Shown piece by piece: positions 35,652 through 47,164 of a DNA stretch of 52,651 nucleotides. The DNA is from an uncultured Zetaproteobacteria bacterium (GTDB lineage: Bacteria; Pseudomonadota; Zetaproteobacteria; Mariprofundales; Mariprofundaceae): positions 1 to 52,651 of the forward strand of contig CAZDJY010000001.1 of assembly GCA_964505835.1 (NCBI GenBank). Direction: 5' to 3'. The translations under genes and the position numbers were made by a program. The first letter of the stretch is position 1. Each line of letters starts with the position of its first letter. The notes under the pieces were generated by a model that was not told the DNA's origin, searched no databases, and saw only the letters and a list, made by a program, of their open reading frames with translations.

Positions 35652-36509
35652 GTGGCTACAGCCAAGGAAATACGGGGTCAGATTAAAGCCGTTCAGAACA
35701 CCGCCAAGATCACCAAGGCGATGGAACTTGTTGCTGCCAGCAAGATGCGCAAGGCGCAGGATAATGTTGCAGCCGGACGTTCCTATGCCGAGGGTATTGA
35801 ACGTGTCATTGCCAATCTGATGCAGGCACATCCTGAATACAGCCATCCTTTCATCACTCCGCATGAACAGGTCAAGAAGGTCGGCGTTATCGTGATTGCC
35901 ACTGACAAGGGTCTGTGTGGCGGATTGAATGCCAATGCTTTCAAGAAGGCACTGGGCCTGGTGAAGGACTCACCTGTTGAAGTCGAGGCTTACACCATCG
36001 GCCGTCGTGCAGGCGCATTCATGCGCAAGATCGTTCAAGGATTGGAAGCTGCAACCGAGGAAGTCCCGGATGCGGCACAGATTTCCGATGTGCTTGGCGT
36101 GGTTGCGGTTGCCATCGAGCACTTTATTGAGTCAAAGGTTGATGAGGTTCATCTGGTATACAGTGAATTCGTCAATACGATGACTCAGACACCAACGCTG
36201 GTTCAGCTGTTGCCTTGTCCTCAGAACACCGAAGCAGAGCACCCGGGCTATTGGGATTATTTATATGAGCCGGATAGCAAGCCAGTGCTTGATGGGCTGC
36301 TTCGTCGGTATGTTGAATCTATTGTTTTCCAAGGGCTGCTGGAGAATAAAGCGTGTGAGCATTCTGCACGTATGGTTGCCATGAAAAGCGCAACCGATAA
36401 CGCCAAGGGCATGGTTCAGGATCTTAAGATTACCTATAACAAGGCTCGCCAGGCGGCGATTACACAAGAAATTGCGGAAATTTGCTCCGGTGCAGCAGCG
36501 TCTGCATAA
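35652..36509 (+). CDS. atpG: F0F1 ATP synthase subunit gamma
   Basis: GTG start 6 nt after GAGGAG. The N-terminus (V)ATAKEIRGQIKAVQNT parallels E. coli MAGAKEIRSKIASVQNT. Confidence 0.9.
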   Translation: MATAKEIRGQIKAVQNTAKITKAMELVAASKMRKAQDNVAAGRSYAEGIERVIANLMQAHPEYSHPFITPHEQVKKVGVIVIATDKGLCGGLNANAFKKALGLVKDSPVEVEAYTIGRRAGAFMRKIVQGLEAATEEVPDAAQISDVLGVVAVAIEHFIESKVDEVHLVYSEFVNTMTQTPTLVQLLPCPQNTEAEHPGYWDYLYEPDSKPVLDGLLRRYVESIVFQGLLENKACEHSARMVAMKSATDNAKGMVQDLKITYNKARQAAITQEIAEICSGAAASA

Positions 36510-36517
36510 AGCATTGA

Positions 36518-37929
<1,412 letters not shown>

Positions 37930-37930
<1 letters not shown>

Positions 37931-38343
37931 TGGCTGCCACCGTTAAGGTCCTTGTAGCCACTGCCGAGCGTGAGGTTTATCGGGGCGAGGCAGAAATGCT
38001 TGTTGCACCGGGTATTGCGGGCGAGCTTGGCATTCTTCCCAAGCATGCCCCTTTGCTGTCGGCCTTAACTTCGGGGGAGCTGCGCATTACGCGAGGCGAC
38101 GAGGTTGATGAGGTGTTCGTATCGGGTGGTTTTATGGAAGTACAACCGGATATGATCACCGTATTGGCTGACTCAGCCGAGCGCGCCAGTGATTTCGATG
38201 AGACACAGGCTGTGGAGGCCGAACGTCAGGCTCGTGAATTGCTTGAGAAACGTGAAGGCGATATCGATCTGGCCATGGCTGAAGCCGAACTGGCGATCAT
38301 GGCTAGCCGCCTCGAGTGGATTAAAAAGAAAAAGAAACATTGA
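37930..38343 (+). CDS. atpC: F0F1 ATP synthase subunit epsilon
   Basis: Operon position and a 1-nt overlap with the atpD stop. Beta-sandwich plus a helical C-terminus. Confidence 0.9.
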
Positions 38344-38368
38344 TTGCTTAAGCTAAGCATTAGAGCAT

Positions 38369-38400
38369 GGGGCTGCACATTGTGCGGCCCCTTGTCGTTT
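38369..38400 (+). terminator. Intrinsic terminator after the atp operon
   Basis: GGGGCTGCAC-ATT-GTGCGGCCCC (10 bp including one G-U pair) followed by TTGTCGTTT. Confidence 0.65.
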
Positions 38401-38473
38401 GATGTGCCCCATGCTGCTTGCGATGGAGTTGCCCCAGGCAATGCACCCAGGCCATGCAATTTAGGAGATGTCG

Positions 38474-39874
38474 ATGCCCGATCTTTTACATTACCCCGAT
38501 TTATTAGTCTGCGTGCTGGCTGCCGGGCAAGGTAAACGTATGCGTTCTGCGCTGCCCAAGGTGCTGCACCCGGTATTGGGAAAATCCATGTTATTGCATG
38601 TGCTGCATACAGTTGAGGATCTGCAACCCAAGGGCATGGCAGTTGTAACCGGTGATTCATCTGATCTTGTGCGCGAACATATCGGGCAGCCGGCAAATCT
38701 TCAGTGGGTGCTACAGGACAAGCAACTTGGAACCGGCCATGCAGTGCGCCAGTGCGAAACCGTTTGTGAAGGTGCAAAGGATATCATGATCGTCTGCGGC
38801 GACACCCCACTGTTGACCTGTAAGACATTGGATGCATTGGCTCAGGCTCACAAGAATGGGGGTGCCGAGGTAACCTTTTTGTCGGCAGTTTTGCCGAATC
38901 CGTTCGGTTATGGTCGGGTCATGCGCGATGAATCCGGAGAGATCGCTGCGATTGTTGAAGAGCGGGATGCGGATGACAAACAAAAGGCGGTGAATGAGGT
39001 CACCAGCGGCATTTACTGCGTCAAACAGAATGTGTTGTTTAAGCTATTGCAACAGGTCGGGAATAATAACGCTCAGGATGAATACTATCTGCCTGATATT
39101 GTTCCCCTCGCGCTATCGGCGGGCATGCGCGTGCAGGCCATTCAGATGCATGACGTGAATGAGATCCTCGGCGTAAATGACCGCGTGCAGCTGGCAGCAG
39201 CCGAGGCATATATGCAAAAGCGTATTGTAGAGGGCTGGCAGCGTGAGGGCGTTACCATCGAAAAACCGGAGACGGTACGCATTGAGGCTTCCGTGCGCCT
39301 GGGAACCGATACGACCATTGGCGCCGGGGCGCAATTGCTTGGCAATACCTGCGTCGGCGATGATTGTATGATCGGGCCATACACTATCCTTGAAGACGCA
39401 TGGCTGGATGATCATGTCACGATTCGGCCGTTTACGCATATTGAGTCCGGGACGGTGGCATCGCATGCGAAGGTCGGCCCGTACTCCCATTTGCGCCCCG
39501 GTGCTCAGCTTGATGAATCCGTGCATGTCGGCAATTTTGTCGAGATCAAAAAATCCGTGGTTGGTAGAGGCAGCAAGGTGAATCATTTGACTTATATCGG
39601 TGACGCAGTGATGGGTGAGGACTGTAATATTGGCGCCGGTAGCATTACCTGCAATTATGATGGAGCCAATAAATTCGAAACCGTGATTGGAGATCGGGTG
39701 TTTATCGGCTCCGATACCAAGCTTGTGGCACCGGTTAAGGTCGGTAGCGGTTCTACCGTCGGTGCTGGCAGTATTATCACCCGCGATGTGGCCGAAAATG
39801 GCCTGACCCTGTCAGCCAGGCCGGATCAAAGGCATGTTCCTAACTGGAAACGGCCTGAAAAAAAGGATAGCTGA
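38474..39874 (+). CDS. glmU: Bifunctional UDP-N-acetylglucosamine pyrophosphorylase / glucosamine-1-phosphate N-acetyltransferase
   Basis: LAAGQGKRMRS and C-terminal left-handed beta-helix hexapeptide repeats. ATG 38474 lies 6 nt after AGGAG. Confidence 0.9.
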   Translation: MPDLLHYPDLLVCVLAAGQGKRMRSALPKVLHPVLGKSMLLHVLHTVEDLQPKGMAVVTGDSSDLVREHIGQPANLQWVLQDKQLGTGHAVRQCETVCEGAKDIMIVCGDTPLLTCKTLDALAQAHKNGGAEVTFLSAVLPNPFGYGRVMRDESGEIAAIVEERDADDKQKAVNEVTSGIYCVKQNVLFKLLQQVGNNNAQDEYYLPDIVPLALSAGMRVQAIQMHDVNEILGVNDRVQLAAAEAYMQKRIVEGWQREGVTIEKPETVRIEASVRLGTDTTIGAGAQLLGNTCVGDDCMIGPYTILEDAWLDDHVTIRPFTHIESGTVASHAKVGPYSHLRPGAQLDESVHVGNFVEIKKSVVGRGSKVNHLTYIGDAVMGEDCNIGAGSITCNYDGANKFETVIGDRVFIGSDTKLVAPVKVGSGSTVGAGSIITRDVAENGLTLSARPDQRHVPNWKRPEKKDS

Positions 39875-41700
39875 TGTGCGGTATCGTTGGCGCCATTGCC
39901 CGGCGCAATGTGATGCCGCTCCTGCTCGATGGCCTGCAACGACTGGAATACCGGGGTTATGATTCCGCCGGCGTAGCGATCAGGGATGCGGGCGGCGAAC
40001 TCAAGCGTTTTCGGGCGCTGGGCAAGGTATCGGCCCTCAGGGATCTGGTCGGGAAGTCGCCGGTTAACGGTGAGCTCGGCATCGCTCATACGCGCTGGGC
40101 AACGCATGGCGTACCGGCCGAGCGCAATGCACATCCGCAGATGAGCGGTGTACGTGTAGCAGTTGTGCACAACGGTATCATAGAAAATCATAAGGAATTA
40201 CGCGACCGACTGGCCGGGCTCGGCTACCGGTTTACCTCGGAAACGGATACCGAAGTGATTGCGCATCTGATGGCGCATAAGCTGGAAGCCGGAGCAGACC
40301 TGTTTTCGGCTGTTGGTGAGGTCGCCGATGAGTTGGAAGGCGCTTATGCCCTGGCTGCGGCAAGCCCCGAGGATGGTGAGCGTATTGTCGTAACCCGCTC
40401 CGGTAGTCCTCTTGTGATCGGCGTAGGCCAGGGTGAGAACTTTATTGCTTCGGATGTTATGGCTCTGCTGCCGGTTACAAAGCATTTTATCTTTCTCGAA
40501 GAGGGTGATACGGCCGAGGTGCGACGTGACGGTGTGAACATTTTCGATGCATCGGGCAAAGCGGTTGAGCGCCCTGTAATTGAGTCCGAACTCAAGGATA
40601 AGAGTGCAGATAAAGGACCATATGCACACTTTATGCTCAAGGAAATCTACGAGCAGCCCGGGGTCATCTCTGAAACACTTGAGGGGCGCATCCATCATGG
40701 GCGCCTGCTGGAGGACAGCTTCGGCCATACGATCAAGGCTTTGCTCGATAAAACCAGGCATGTCCAAATCATTGCCTGCGGTACGAGTTACCACGCCGGC
40801 ATGGTTGCCCGGTACTGGCTGGAAGAGGCTGGCATGCCTTGCAGTGTTGAGGTGGCCAGCGAGTACCGCTATCGCAAGCCTGTGGTGCCCGAAGGTTCAT
40901 TACTGCTCACCATTTCCCAGTCCGGCGAAACGGCCGATACTCTGGCAGCACTACGTGGTGCCCGTGTACAGGGCTATGTCGGTAGCCTGACGGTTTGCAA
41001 TGCACCGGAAAGCTCGCTCGTTCGGGAGTCGGACGCCGCCCTGATGACCCGAGCCGGGGCTGAGATCGGTGTTGCTTCAACAAAGGCTTTTACCACCCAA
41101 CTGACCGTGTTGCGTCTGTTGATGATTGCTCTGGCCCGGCGCCGGGGTTTGACGGCTGAGCAGGAAAGGGCATGGGTGAACGAGCTGCATGCCCTGCCTC
41201 GCCAAGTCGAGGTGGTGCTTGAGCTGGCCGGGGCTATTGCCGATATGGCTGACGGTTTTGCCGACAAGCAGCATGCTCTGTTTCTCGGGCGCGGGGCTTT
41301 TTATCCAGTGGCCATGGAAGGAGCTTTGAAGCTGAAAGAAATCTCTTACATTCATGCCGAAGCGTATCCGGCCGGCGAGCTCAAACACGGGCCGCTAGCA
41401 TTGGTGGATGAAAGTATCCCTGTGGTTTGTGCCTTGCCCGACGATCCGTTGCTGGAGAAGGTTTTATCCAATCTGCAGGAGGTTCGGGCACGTGGCGGCG
41501 AATTGTATCTGTTTTCCGATCAAACGGTTGGGATTAACCTGGATCATTATCACAACCTGACCCTGTCAGATATCTTCCCCGGGACGGCGCCTATCGTATA
41601 CAGCATCCCTTTGCAGCTGTTGGCCTACCATGTAGCGCTGCTGAAAGGGACAGACGTGGATCAGCCGCGCAATCTGGCTAAATCCGTCACTGTAGAGTGA
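39874..41700 (+). CDS. glmS: Glutamine--fructose-6-phosphate aminotransferase
   Basis: N-terminal nucleophile MCGIVG, two SIS domains and a C-terminal NLAKSVTVE. Confidence 0.95.
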   Translation: MCGIVGAIARRNVMPLLLDGLQRLEYRGYDSAGVAIRDAGGELKRFRALGKVSALRDLVGKSPVNGELGIAHTRWATHGVPAERNAHPQMSGVRVAVVHNGIIENHKELRDRLAGLGYRFTSETDTEVIAHLMAHKLEAGADLFSAVGEVADELEGAYALAAASPEDGERIVVTRSGSPLVIGVGQGENFIASDVMALLPVTKHFIFLEEGDTAEVRRDGVNIFDASGKAVERPVIESELKDKSADKGPYAHFMLKEIYEQPGVISETLEGRIHHGRLLEDSFGHTIKALLDKTRHVQIIACGTSYHAGMVARYWLEEAGMPCSVEVASEYRYRKPVVPEGSLLLTISQSGETADTLAALRGARVQGYVGSLTVCNAPESSLVRESDAALMTRAGAEIGVASTKAFTTQLTVLRLLMIALARRRGLTAEQERAWVNELHALPRQVEVVLELAGAIADMADGFADKQHALFLGRGAFYPVAMEGALKLKEISYIHAEAYPAGELKHGPLALVDESIPVVCALPDDPLLEKVLSNLQEVRARGGELYLFSDQTVGINLDHYHNLTLSDIFPGTAPIVYSIPLQLLAYHVALLKGTDVDQPRNLAKSVTVE

Positions 41701-41712
41701 GGTGGACGCGCA

Positions 41713-42639
41713 TTGGCAGGCTTTGACAGTTCTTCTTCTAACCTCTACGCTAAGCAAAGCGTGAGGATACAGGGAACGACAAAGTTGTATGGCATTGTGG
41801 GCTGGCCGGTCACACATTCGCTGTCTCCGATGTTCCAATCCCTGTTTCTTCAGCAACGCGGACTGGATGCTGCGTATCTGCCCTTCGGGGTAACACCCGA
41901 GTTTCTTCAGCAGGCCATGGATGGGCTGTGGGCGTTGGGTGTGGAGGGATTTAATGTGACTGTACCCCACAAGGAAGCGGTCTTTAATCGTGTCACTTGC
42001 GATGATGATGCCCGCCTGATTGGTGCGGTGAATACCGTTAGGCGCGCTACAGATGGCTGGCAGGCTACGAATACGGACTGGCTTGGATTTCAGGCAGTCA
42101 TTGACGGCTTGGGCGTGCAATTACAGAAACGCAAGGCGTTGTTGTTCGGCGCCGGCGGCACGGCCCGGGCTATATTGCATGCGTTATCCTTCAAGAACCT
42201 TGAGACGCTGTATATCTGTAACCGCAACCCCGAGCGTTTGCAGGCGTTTATCGGTTTTGCTGAGCAGAACTACCCATCAATGAATTGTCAGACAGTGGCC
42301 TGGCAGCAGGAAAAAGTCACGCAGGCTTGTGTCGATGCGGCCTTGCTGGTTAATGCGACCAGTATCGGTTTGAACAAGGCAGATAGCTTTCCCTTCAGTC
42401 TTGCTGGATCAGGGGTATGCGTGGATGCTGTATATAGCCCGAGCGGGAAAACGGCGTTTACCCGGGCTTCAACGGGACTATGCGTGGACGGATTGCCCAT
42501 GTTGATTGCTCAGGGTGCCGAGTCCTTCGCCTGGTGGCACGATGGGAAGAAGCCGGATCGCGTAGCTGCACTCTGCTGGATGGAATCCCATTTGGGACGC
42601 CGGAACACGGCATTGCCGGGCTGGGAGGGCATGGTATGA
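41713..42639 (+). CDS. aroE: Shikimate dehydrogenase
   Basis: LYGIVGWPVTHSLSPMFQ, NVTVPHK and GAGGTARA. Start uncertain (TTG 41713 or GTG 41761). Confidence 0.85.
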   Translation: MAGFDSSSSNLYAKQSVRIQGTTKLYGIVGWPVTHSLSPMFQSLFLQQRGLDAAYLPFGVTPEFLQQAMDGLWALGVEGFNVTVPHKEAVFNRVTCDDDARLIGAVNTVRRATDGWQATNTDWLGFQAVIDGLGVQLQKRKALLFGAGGTARAILHALSFKNLETLYICNRNPERLQAFIGFAEQNYPSMNCQTVAWQQEKVTQACVDAALLVNATSIGLNKADSFPFSLAGSGVCVDAVYSPSGKTAFTRASTGLCVDGLPMLIAQGAESFAWWHDGKKPDRVAALCWMESHLGRRNTALPGWEGMV

Positions 42640-44333
42640 AGCAGACCCGTCTGGGAGATATCCTGCTGCGGCAGCAGAAGATTACGCGCGAACAGCTGGA
42701 TAATGTTATTCGCGAGGCCAAATTGCATGGCGACAGCCTGACTGCACAACTGGTGAAGCAGAGTATTTTCACCGAAGAAAAACTGGTGAAATTTGTTGCC
42801 AAGTCATTTGGCCGACCGGCGATTGATTTGGATAAACTCGAAATAGAACCCAATCTGGCCAAGATATCGCATGATGTGATGCGCAAGAATCTGGTGCTGC
42901 CGGTGCGGCGAAAGGGCAATGTGCTGACCCTGGCGGTGGCTGACCCATATGATATCAACAGTCTGGATGAGGTGGCTTTCATCAGTGGTTGTCAGGTGGA
43001 TGTGGTTATTGTTGCCGAATCGCAGTTGATCGCCCGTCTCGATGAGGATGTCGCTAATGAAGGGCATCTTGAAGATGTGATGGCCGATCTTGGCGCGGAT
43101 AATATGGAGGTGGTTGATACCTCTGAGGAAGATCTGGACGAGCATAGCCTGTCGGCTGAAACTGAGGCGGCGCCGGTCGTTAAGCTGGTGAATCTGATTC
43201 TACTCGATGCGATCAAGCGCGGCGCATCGGATATTCATCTTGAGCCCTACGAAAAGGTTTTGCGTGTACGTTACCGTATTGATGGCGTTCTGCACGAAAT
43301 TATGCGGCCGCCGATGAAGATGAAGGACGCCCTTGTGTCGCGCCTTAAAATCTTGGCCCGGCTTGATATTTCGGAGCGTCGAGTGCCTCAGGACGGGCGT
43401 ATCAAGTTGCGCTTGTCGAAGGCTAAAACGGTGGATTTTCGAGTCTCGGTATTGCCGACCTTGTTTGGCGAAAAGGTGGTGATGCGTTTGCTGGATCCTT
43501 CCAGTCTGCAGCTTGATATGACCAAGCTCGGTTATGAGGAGCAATCGTTAAAATGGCTACAGGAGGCGATTCACAAGCCGTACGGAATGGTGCTGGTCAC
43601 CGGGCCGACCGGTTCAGGTAAGACGGTGAGTTTATATTCCGCCGTGTCTGAGCTGAACCAGCCGGGCGTGAATATCTCCACCGCCGAGGATCCTGTCGAG
43701 TTTAACTTTATGGGCATTAACCAGGTGAATGTGCACCCTGAAATAGGGCTGGATTTTCCGGCAACTTTGCGCTCATTCCTGCGTCAGGATCCCGACATTA
43801 TCCTGATTGGTGAAATCCGCGATTATGATACGGCAGCCATCGGTATCAAGGCTGCTTTGACCGGCCATATGGTGCTGGCTACATTGCATACCAATGATGC
43901 TCCCTCGACGATGAGCCGCCTGATCAACATGGGCGTCGAATCCTTTCTGGTCGGCTCGGCCGTTAATATGGTGTCGGCGCAACGACTGGCACGGCGTATC
44001 TGCTCAGAATGCAAGACTGAGCTTGAGGTGCCGGCCGAATCGTTGGTGGACGCCGGTGTGCCTGAGGCGGAAGTGGGGTCGTTCAAGCCGATGACCGGCA
44101 AAGGTTGCCCGACCTGTAACGGTACGGGCTATAAGGGGCGGACAGGCATCTATCAGGTGATGCCGATTTTCGATGAGATCCGCGAAGCGGTGTATGCAGG
44201 CAAGAATGCGGATGAAATCAATGCCATTGCAGTCTCGAAGGGTGTGAAGACTTTACGGATGTCGGCATTGGATAAAGTGAAGGCCGGAGAGATTTCCCTT
44301 GAGGAATGTCTCCGCGTAACGGTGACTGACTGA
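42636..44333 (+). CDS. pilB: Type IV pilus assembly ATPase PilB (GspE family)
   Basis: Walker A GPTGSGKT and a tetracysteine motif CSECK...CPTCNGTGY. ATG 42636 lies 6 nt after GGGAGGG and overlaps the aroE stop (ATGA). Confidence 0.9.
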   Translation: MKQTRLGDILLRQQKITREQLDNVIREAKLHGDSLTAQLVKQSIFTEEKLVKFVAKSFGRPAIDLDKLEIEPNLAKISHDVMRKNLVLPVRRKGNVLTLAVADPYDINSLDEVAFISGCQVDVVIVAESQLIARLDEDVANEGHLEDVMADLGADNMEVVDTSEEDLDEHSLSAETEAAPVVKLVNLILLDAIKRGASDIHLEPYEKVLRVRYRIDGVLHEIMRPPMKMKDALVSRLKILARLDISERRVPQDGRIKLRLSKAKTVDFRVSVLPTLFGEKVVMRLLDPSSLQLDMTKLGYEEQSLKWLQEAIHKPYGMVLVTGPTGSGKTVSLYSAVSELNQPGVNISTAEDPVEFNFMGINQVNVHPEIGLDFPATLRSFLRQDPDIILIGEIRDYDTAAIGIKAALTGHMVLATLHTNDAPSTMSRLINMGVESFLVGSAVNMVSAQRLARRICSECKTELEVPAESLVDAGVPEAEVGSFKPMTGKGCPTCNGTGYKGRTGIYQVMPIFDEIREAVYAGKNADEINAIAVSKGVKTLRMSALDKVKAGEISLEECLRVTVTD

Positions 44334-45526
44334 TGGCGATTTTTTTATGGACGGCGAAAACAAGGCAGGGGCAGGAGAAGAGCGGCGATATTGAGCTTGC
44401 CAACCGCGACGTGGCGATTGCAACCCTGCGCCGCCAGGGTCTGGTGGATATCAAGGTCAAGAAGAAGCCGATAGAAATCGAGATCTTTCCGGAAAAGGTT
44501 AACGATAAGGATATCTCGGTCTTTTTCCGGCAGCTATCGACAATGATCAATGCCGGCTTACCTTTGGTGCAATGCTTCGAGCTGGCTGAAAAGGGCGCCG
44601 ATAAAAAAGCCATGGTGACGCTGCTCAAGGATGTCCGGAATGGGCTTGAGGGCGGTAGCCCGTTGGGTGAAACCATGCGTAAATTTCCTAAGGAATTTGA
44701 TCGCTTGACTTGTTCCTTGGTCGAGGCGGGCGAGCAGGGCGGTATTCTGGATACCATTCTTTTGCGTCTGTGTATCTATAAGGAAAAGGCCCTCAGCCTG
44801 AAGGCAAAGATCAAATCGGCCATGGTCTACCCTGTAGCGATCATGGTGGTTGCATTTATCGTCACTGCCATACTGATGATCTTTGTAATTCCTGTTTTTG
44901 CAGAGATGTTTGCTGATTTTGGTGCCGATCTGCCAGGGCCGACCAAGGTGACAATGGCGATATCCGAAGGATTTGTGGAGTACTGGTATTTGGTCGTGTT
45001 TGTGCCGATTGCGGTGGTGTTTGGGATTCGTGCTATTTATCAGACCCCAAAGGGGCGCTATCAACTGGACAAGCTGCTGCTTAACCTACCGGTGCTGGGT
45101 GATGTGTTGCGCAAGGCCTCGGTGGCTCGTTTCTGCCGCACCTTTTCCACCCTTACCGCAGCCGGTGTGCCCATCCTGGAATCGATGGATACGGTAGCCG
45201 AGACATCCGGCAATGTGGTGATTGAAGAGGTCATCATGCAGTCCAAGGAGTCGATATCACAAGGCCAGAATTTGGCTGGCCCGTTGGAGGCCAGTAAGAT
45301 TTTCCCTGTCATGGTCACGCAGATGATTTCTATCGGTGAAGAGACCGGTAGCCTGGAGGATATGCTGGCCAAGATTGCCGATTTTTATGAAGAAGAGGTG
45401 GATACGGCCGTGGATAATATGACGGCTCTGATGGAGCCGTTTATCATGGCTTTCTTGGGTGTCGTCATTGGTGGCCTGGTCATCTCCATGTATCTGCCAA
45501 TCTTCCAGATGGCCTCCGTCGTTTAA
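44333..45526 (+). CDS. pilC: Type IV pilus platform protein PilC (GspF family)
   Basis: Two GspF repeats (FFRQLSTMINAGLPL; FCRTFSTLTAAGVPI) and three TM segments. 1-nt overlap with the pilB stop. Confidence 0.9.
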   Translation: MAIFLWTAKTRQGQEKSGDIELANRDVAIATLRRQGLVDIKVKKKPIEIEIFPEKVNDKDISVFFRQLSTMINAGLPLVQCFELAEKGADKKAMVTLLKDVRNGLEGGSPLGETMRKFPKEFDRLTCSLVEAGEQGGILDTILLRLCIYKEKALSLKAKIKSAMVYPVAIMVVAFIVTAILMIFVIPVFAEMFADFGADLPGPTKVTMAISEGFVEYWYLVVFVPIAVVFGIRAIYQTPKGRYQLDKLLLNLPVLGDVLRKASVARFCRTFSTLTAAGVPILESMDTVAETSGNVVIEEVIMQSKESISQGQNLAGPLEASKIFPVMVTQMISIGEETGSLEDMLAKIADFYEEEVDTAVDNMTALMEPFIMAFLGVVIGGLVISMYLPIFQMASVV

Positions 45527-45586
45527 ATGTTTTTTGCCTGCACCTGAATCTTGCATACGTCAGTTGTGCGTAACCCATAGCATGAC

Positions 45587-47164
45587 GTGCATGGTGGTTC
45601 GGAGAGGGATATTCCTGTGAATTTAATCCTGTATCGCGGGCTGGTCGCTCTGGCCCTGGCGGGACTGATCCTGCTTTGGATGGAGCCTTCGCTCTACCCG
45701 GATGCCGGCCGTGTGATCCGTGTGACTGCGGGTTTGTATTTCGGACTGTTGTTGTTGCAAGGGTTGTTGTACTGGCGCATGTATCTGCCCGAAGCGCCTT
45801 TAATATTGTTCTATTTTGCTTCCGATGTGCTGGCTGCCAGCCTGCTTGTCTACGCCACGGATGGTCTGGCCAGTCCGTTTTCACTCCTGCTCGGCTTGAT
45901 TGTTCTGGCATCAGGTACACTGGGTCGGGTGATGATGCCTGTCATGGTCAGTTTGCTGGCCTGTATGGGTTATCTGGCCGCAGTTTACACCCATGCGGCA
46001 CAGCACGAATTGTTACTGGATGCAGCCGATGCCCTGCATGTACTTCTGCAAGTCTCGGCAATTCTACTCGTTGGCGGTGTGATGGCCTTTATCTCCAGGC
46101 GGCATGCGGGGCTGCGCTCGGCTGGCGATCTGGCTGTTCGGCAGCATCGTAAGCTGAAGGGGTTACACAGTCGTGTGATGTCGGCGATGAGTGAGGGTGT
46201 AATTGTGCTGGATGGGAGGTTGCAACCTTATGAGATGAATGCGGCTGCCAGAGATCTTTTGGCATCAGGCCATCTCAGTGATGCGGCATTGGTCGGACAA
46301 CTTCTTGCTGAGGCTCCCAAGCTTCATCAATGGCTGGCCGAAGAAGGAAATCAGGACTTTCATGCCGAATTCACGCATGGCGAGCTAAGTCTGCTGCTTA
46401 CCGCCAAAGCAATGGGAAGCTCGGCTGCCTCGTTGGATGATCCATCCTGGTTGCTTACGCTGGTCGATATCAGCGATATGCGAAGACTGGAGGGAAAACT
46501 GATCGAGCAGGAAAAGATGGCAGCTCTTGGCCAGATGTCGGCGATGCTGGCGCATGAAATTCGTAATCCGATCCAGACTATGGCGCAGGGCCTGGAACTG
46601 ATGAAGGTGGATATTGAACATCGCCAAACTGTTCAGGATATTCTGCGAGATGAAATGCTGCGCCTTAATCGGCTGGTGAATATGATGCTGGACTATTCAA
46701 AGCCGCTTGAAGTCAGCCCCGCAAGCGTGCAAATGACGGCTGTGATGGAAGCGGGGGTGCAGCAGGCGGATCTGGAGAATCGTTCTATTCATTGGCACTG
46801 CGGGGTGGATGAGTTATACATAGACTCGGATCATTTCCGGCTGGTGCTCGATAATCTGCTATCCAATGCCATGAAGAATCGCTCGCCCGACAGTTCTGTG
46901 GATGTGAGCTTATCCGCTGTTGAAAACGGCTGGCAGCTGCGGGTATGCAACCAGGGTGCCCTGCCGCATGAGATGCGGGGGCACTTGTTTGAACCTTATG
47001 TCAGCGGCAGTGCAAGCGGTGTCGGCTTAGGGCTTTCGACGGTGAAACAGGTGTGTGATGTGAACGACTGGGTTGTCGATGTCGAAGAGCATGGCGATCA
47101 GGTTTGTTTTGTTGTCATGGGTAGGGTTCGGGATGCGGATGAAAAGGAGAGGATGCATGGCTGA
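45587..47164 (+). CDS. pilS: Sensor histidine kinase, PilS-like
   Basis: Six N-terminal TM helices, a PAS-like segment, H box MLAHEIRNPIQ, N box LLSNAMKN and G box GVGLGLS. GTG start at 45587 or 45617. Confidence 0.75.
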   Translation: MHGGSERDIPVNLILYRGLVALALAGLILLWMEPSLYPDAGRVIRVTAGLYFGLLLLQGLLYWRMYLPEAPLILFYFASDVLAASLLVYATDGLASPFSLLLGLIVLASGTLGRVMMPVMVSLLACMGYLAAVYTHAAQHELLLDAADALHVLLQVSAILLVGGVMAFISRRHAGLRSAGDLAVRQHRKLKGLHSRVMSAMSEGVIVLDGRLQPYEMNAAARDLLASGHLSDAALVGQLLAEAPKLHQWLAEEGNQDFHAEFTHGELSLLLTAKAMGSSAASLDDPSWLLTLVDISDMRRLEGKLIEQEKMAALGQMSAMLAHEIRNPIQTMAQGLELMKVDIEHRQTVQDILRDEMLRLNRLVNMMLDYSKPLEVSPASVQMTAVMEAGVQQADLENRSIHWHCGVDELYIDSDHFRLVLDNLLSNAMKNRSPDSSVDVSLSAVENGWQLRVCNQGALPHEMRGHLFEPYVSGSASGVGLGLSTVKQVCDVNDWVVDVEEHGDQVCFVVMGRVRDADEKERMHG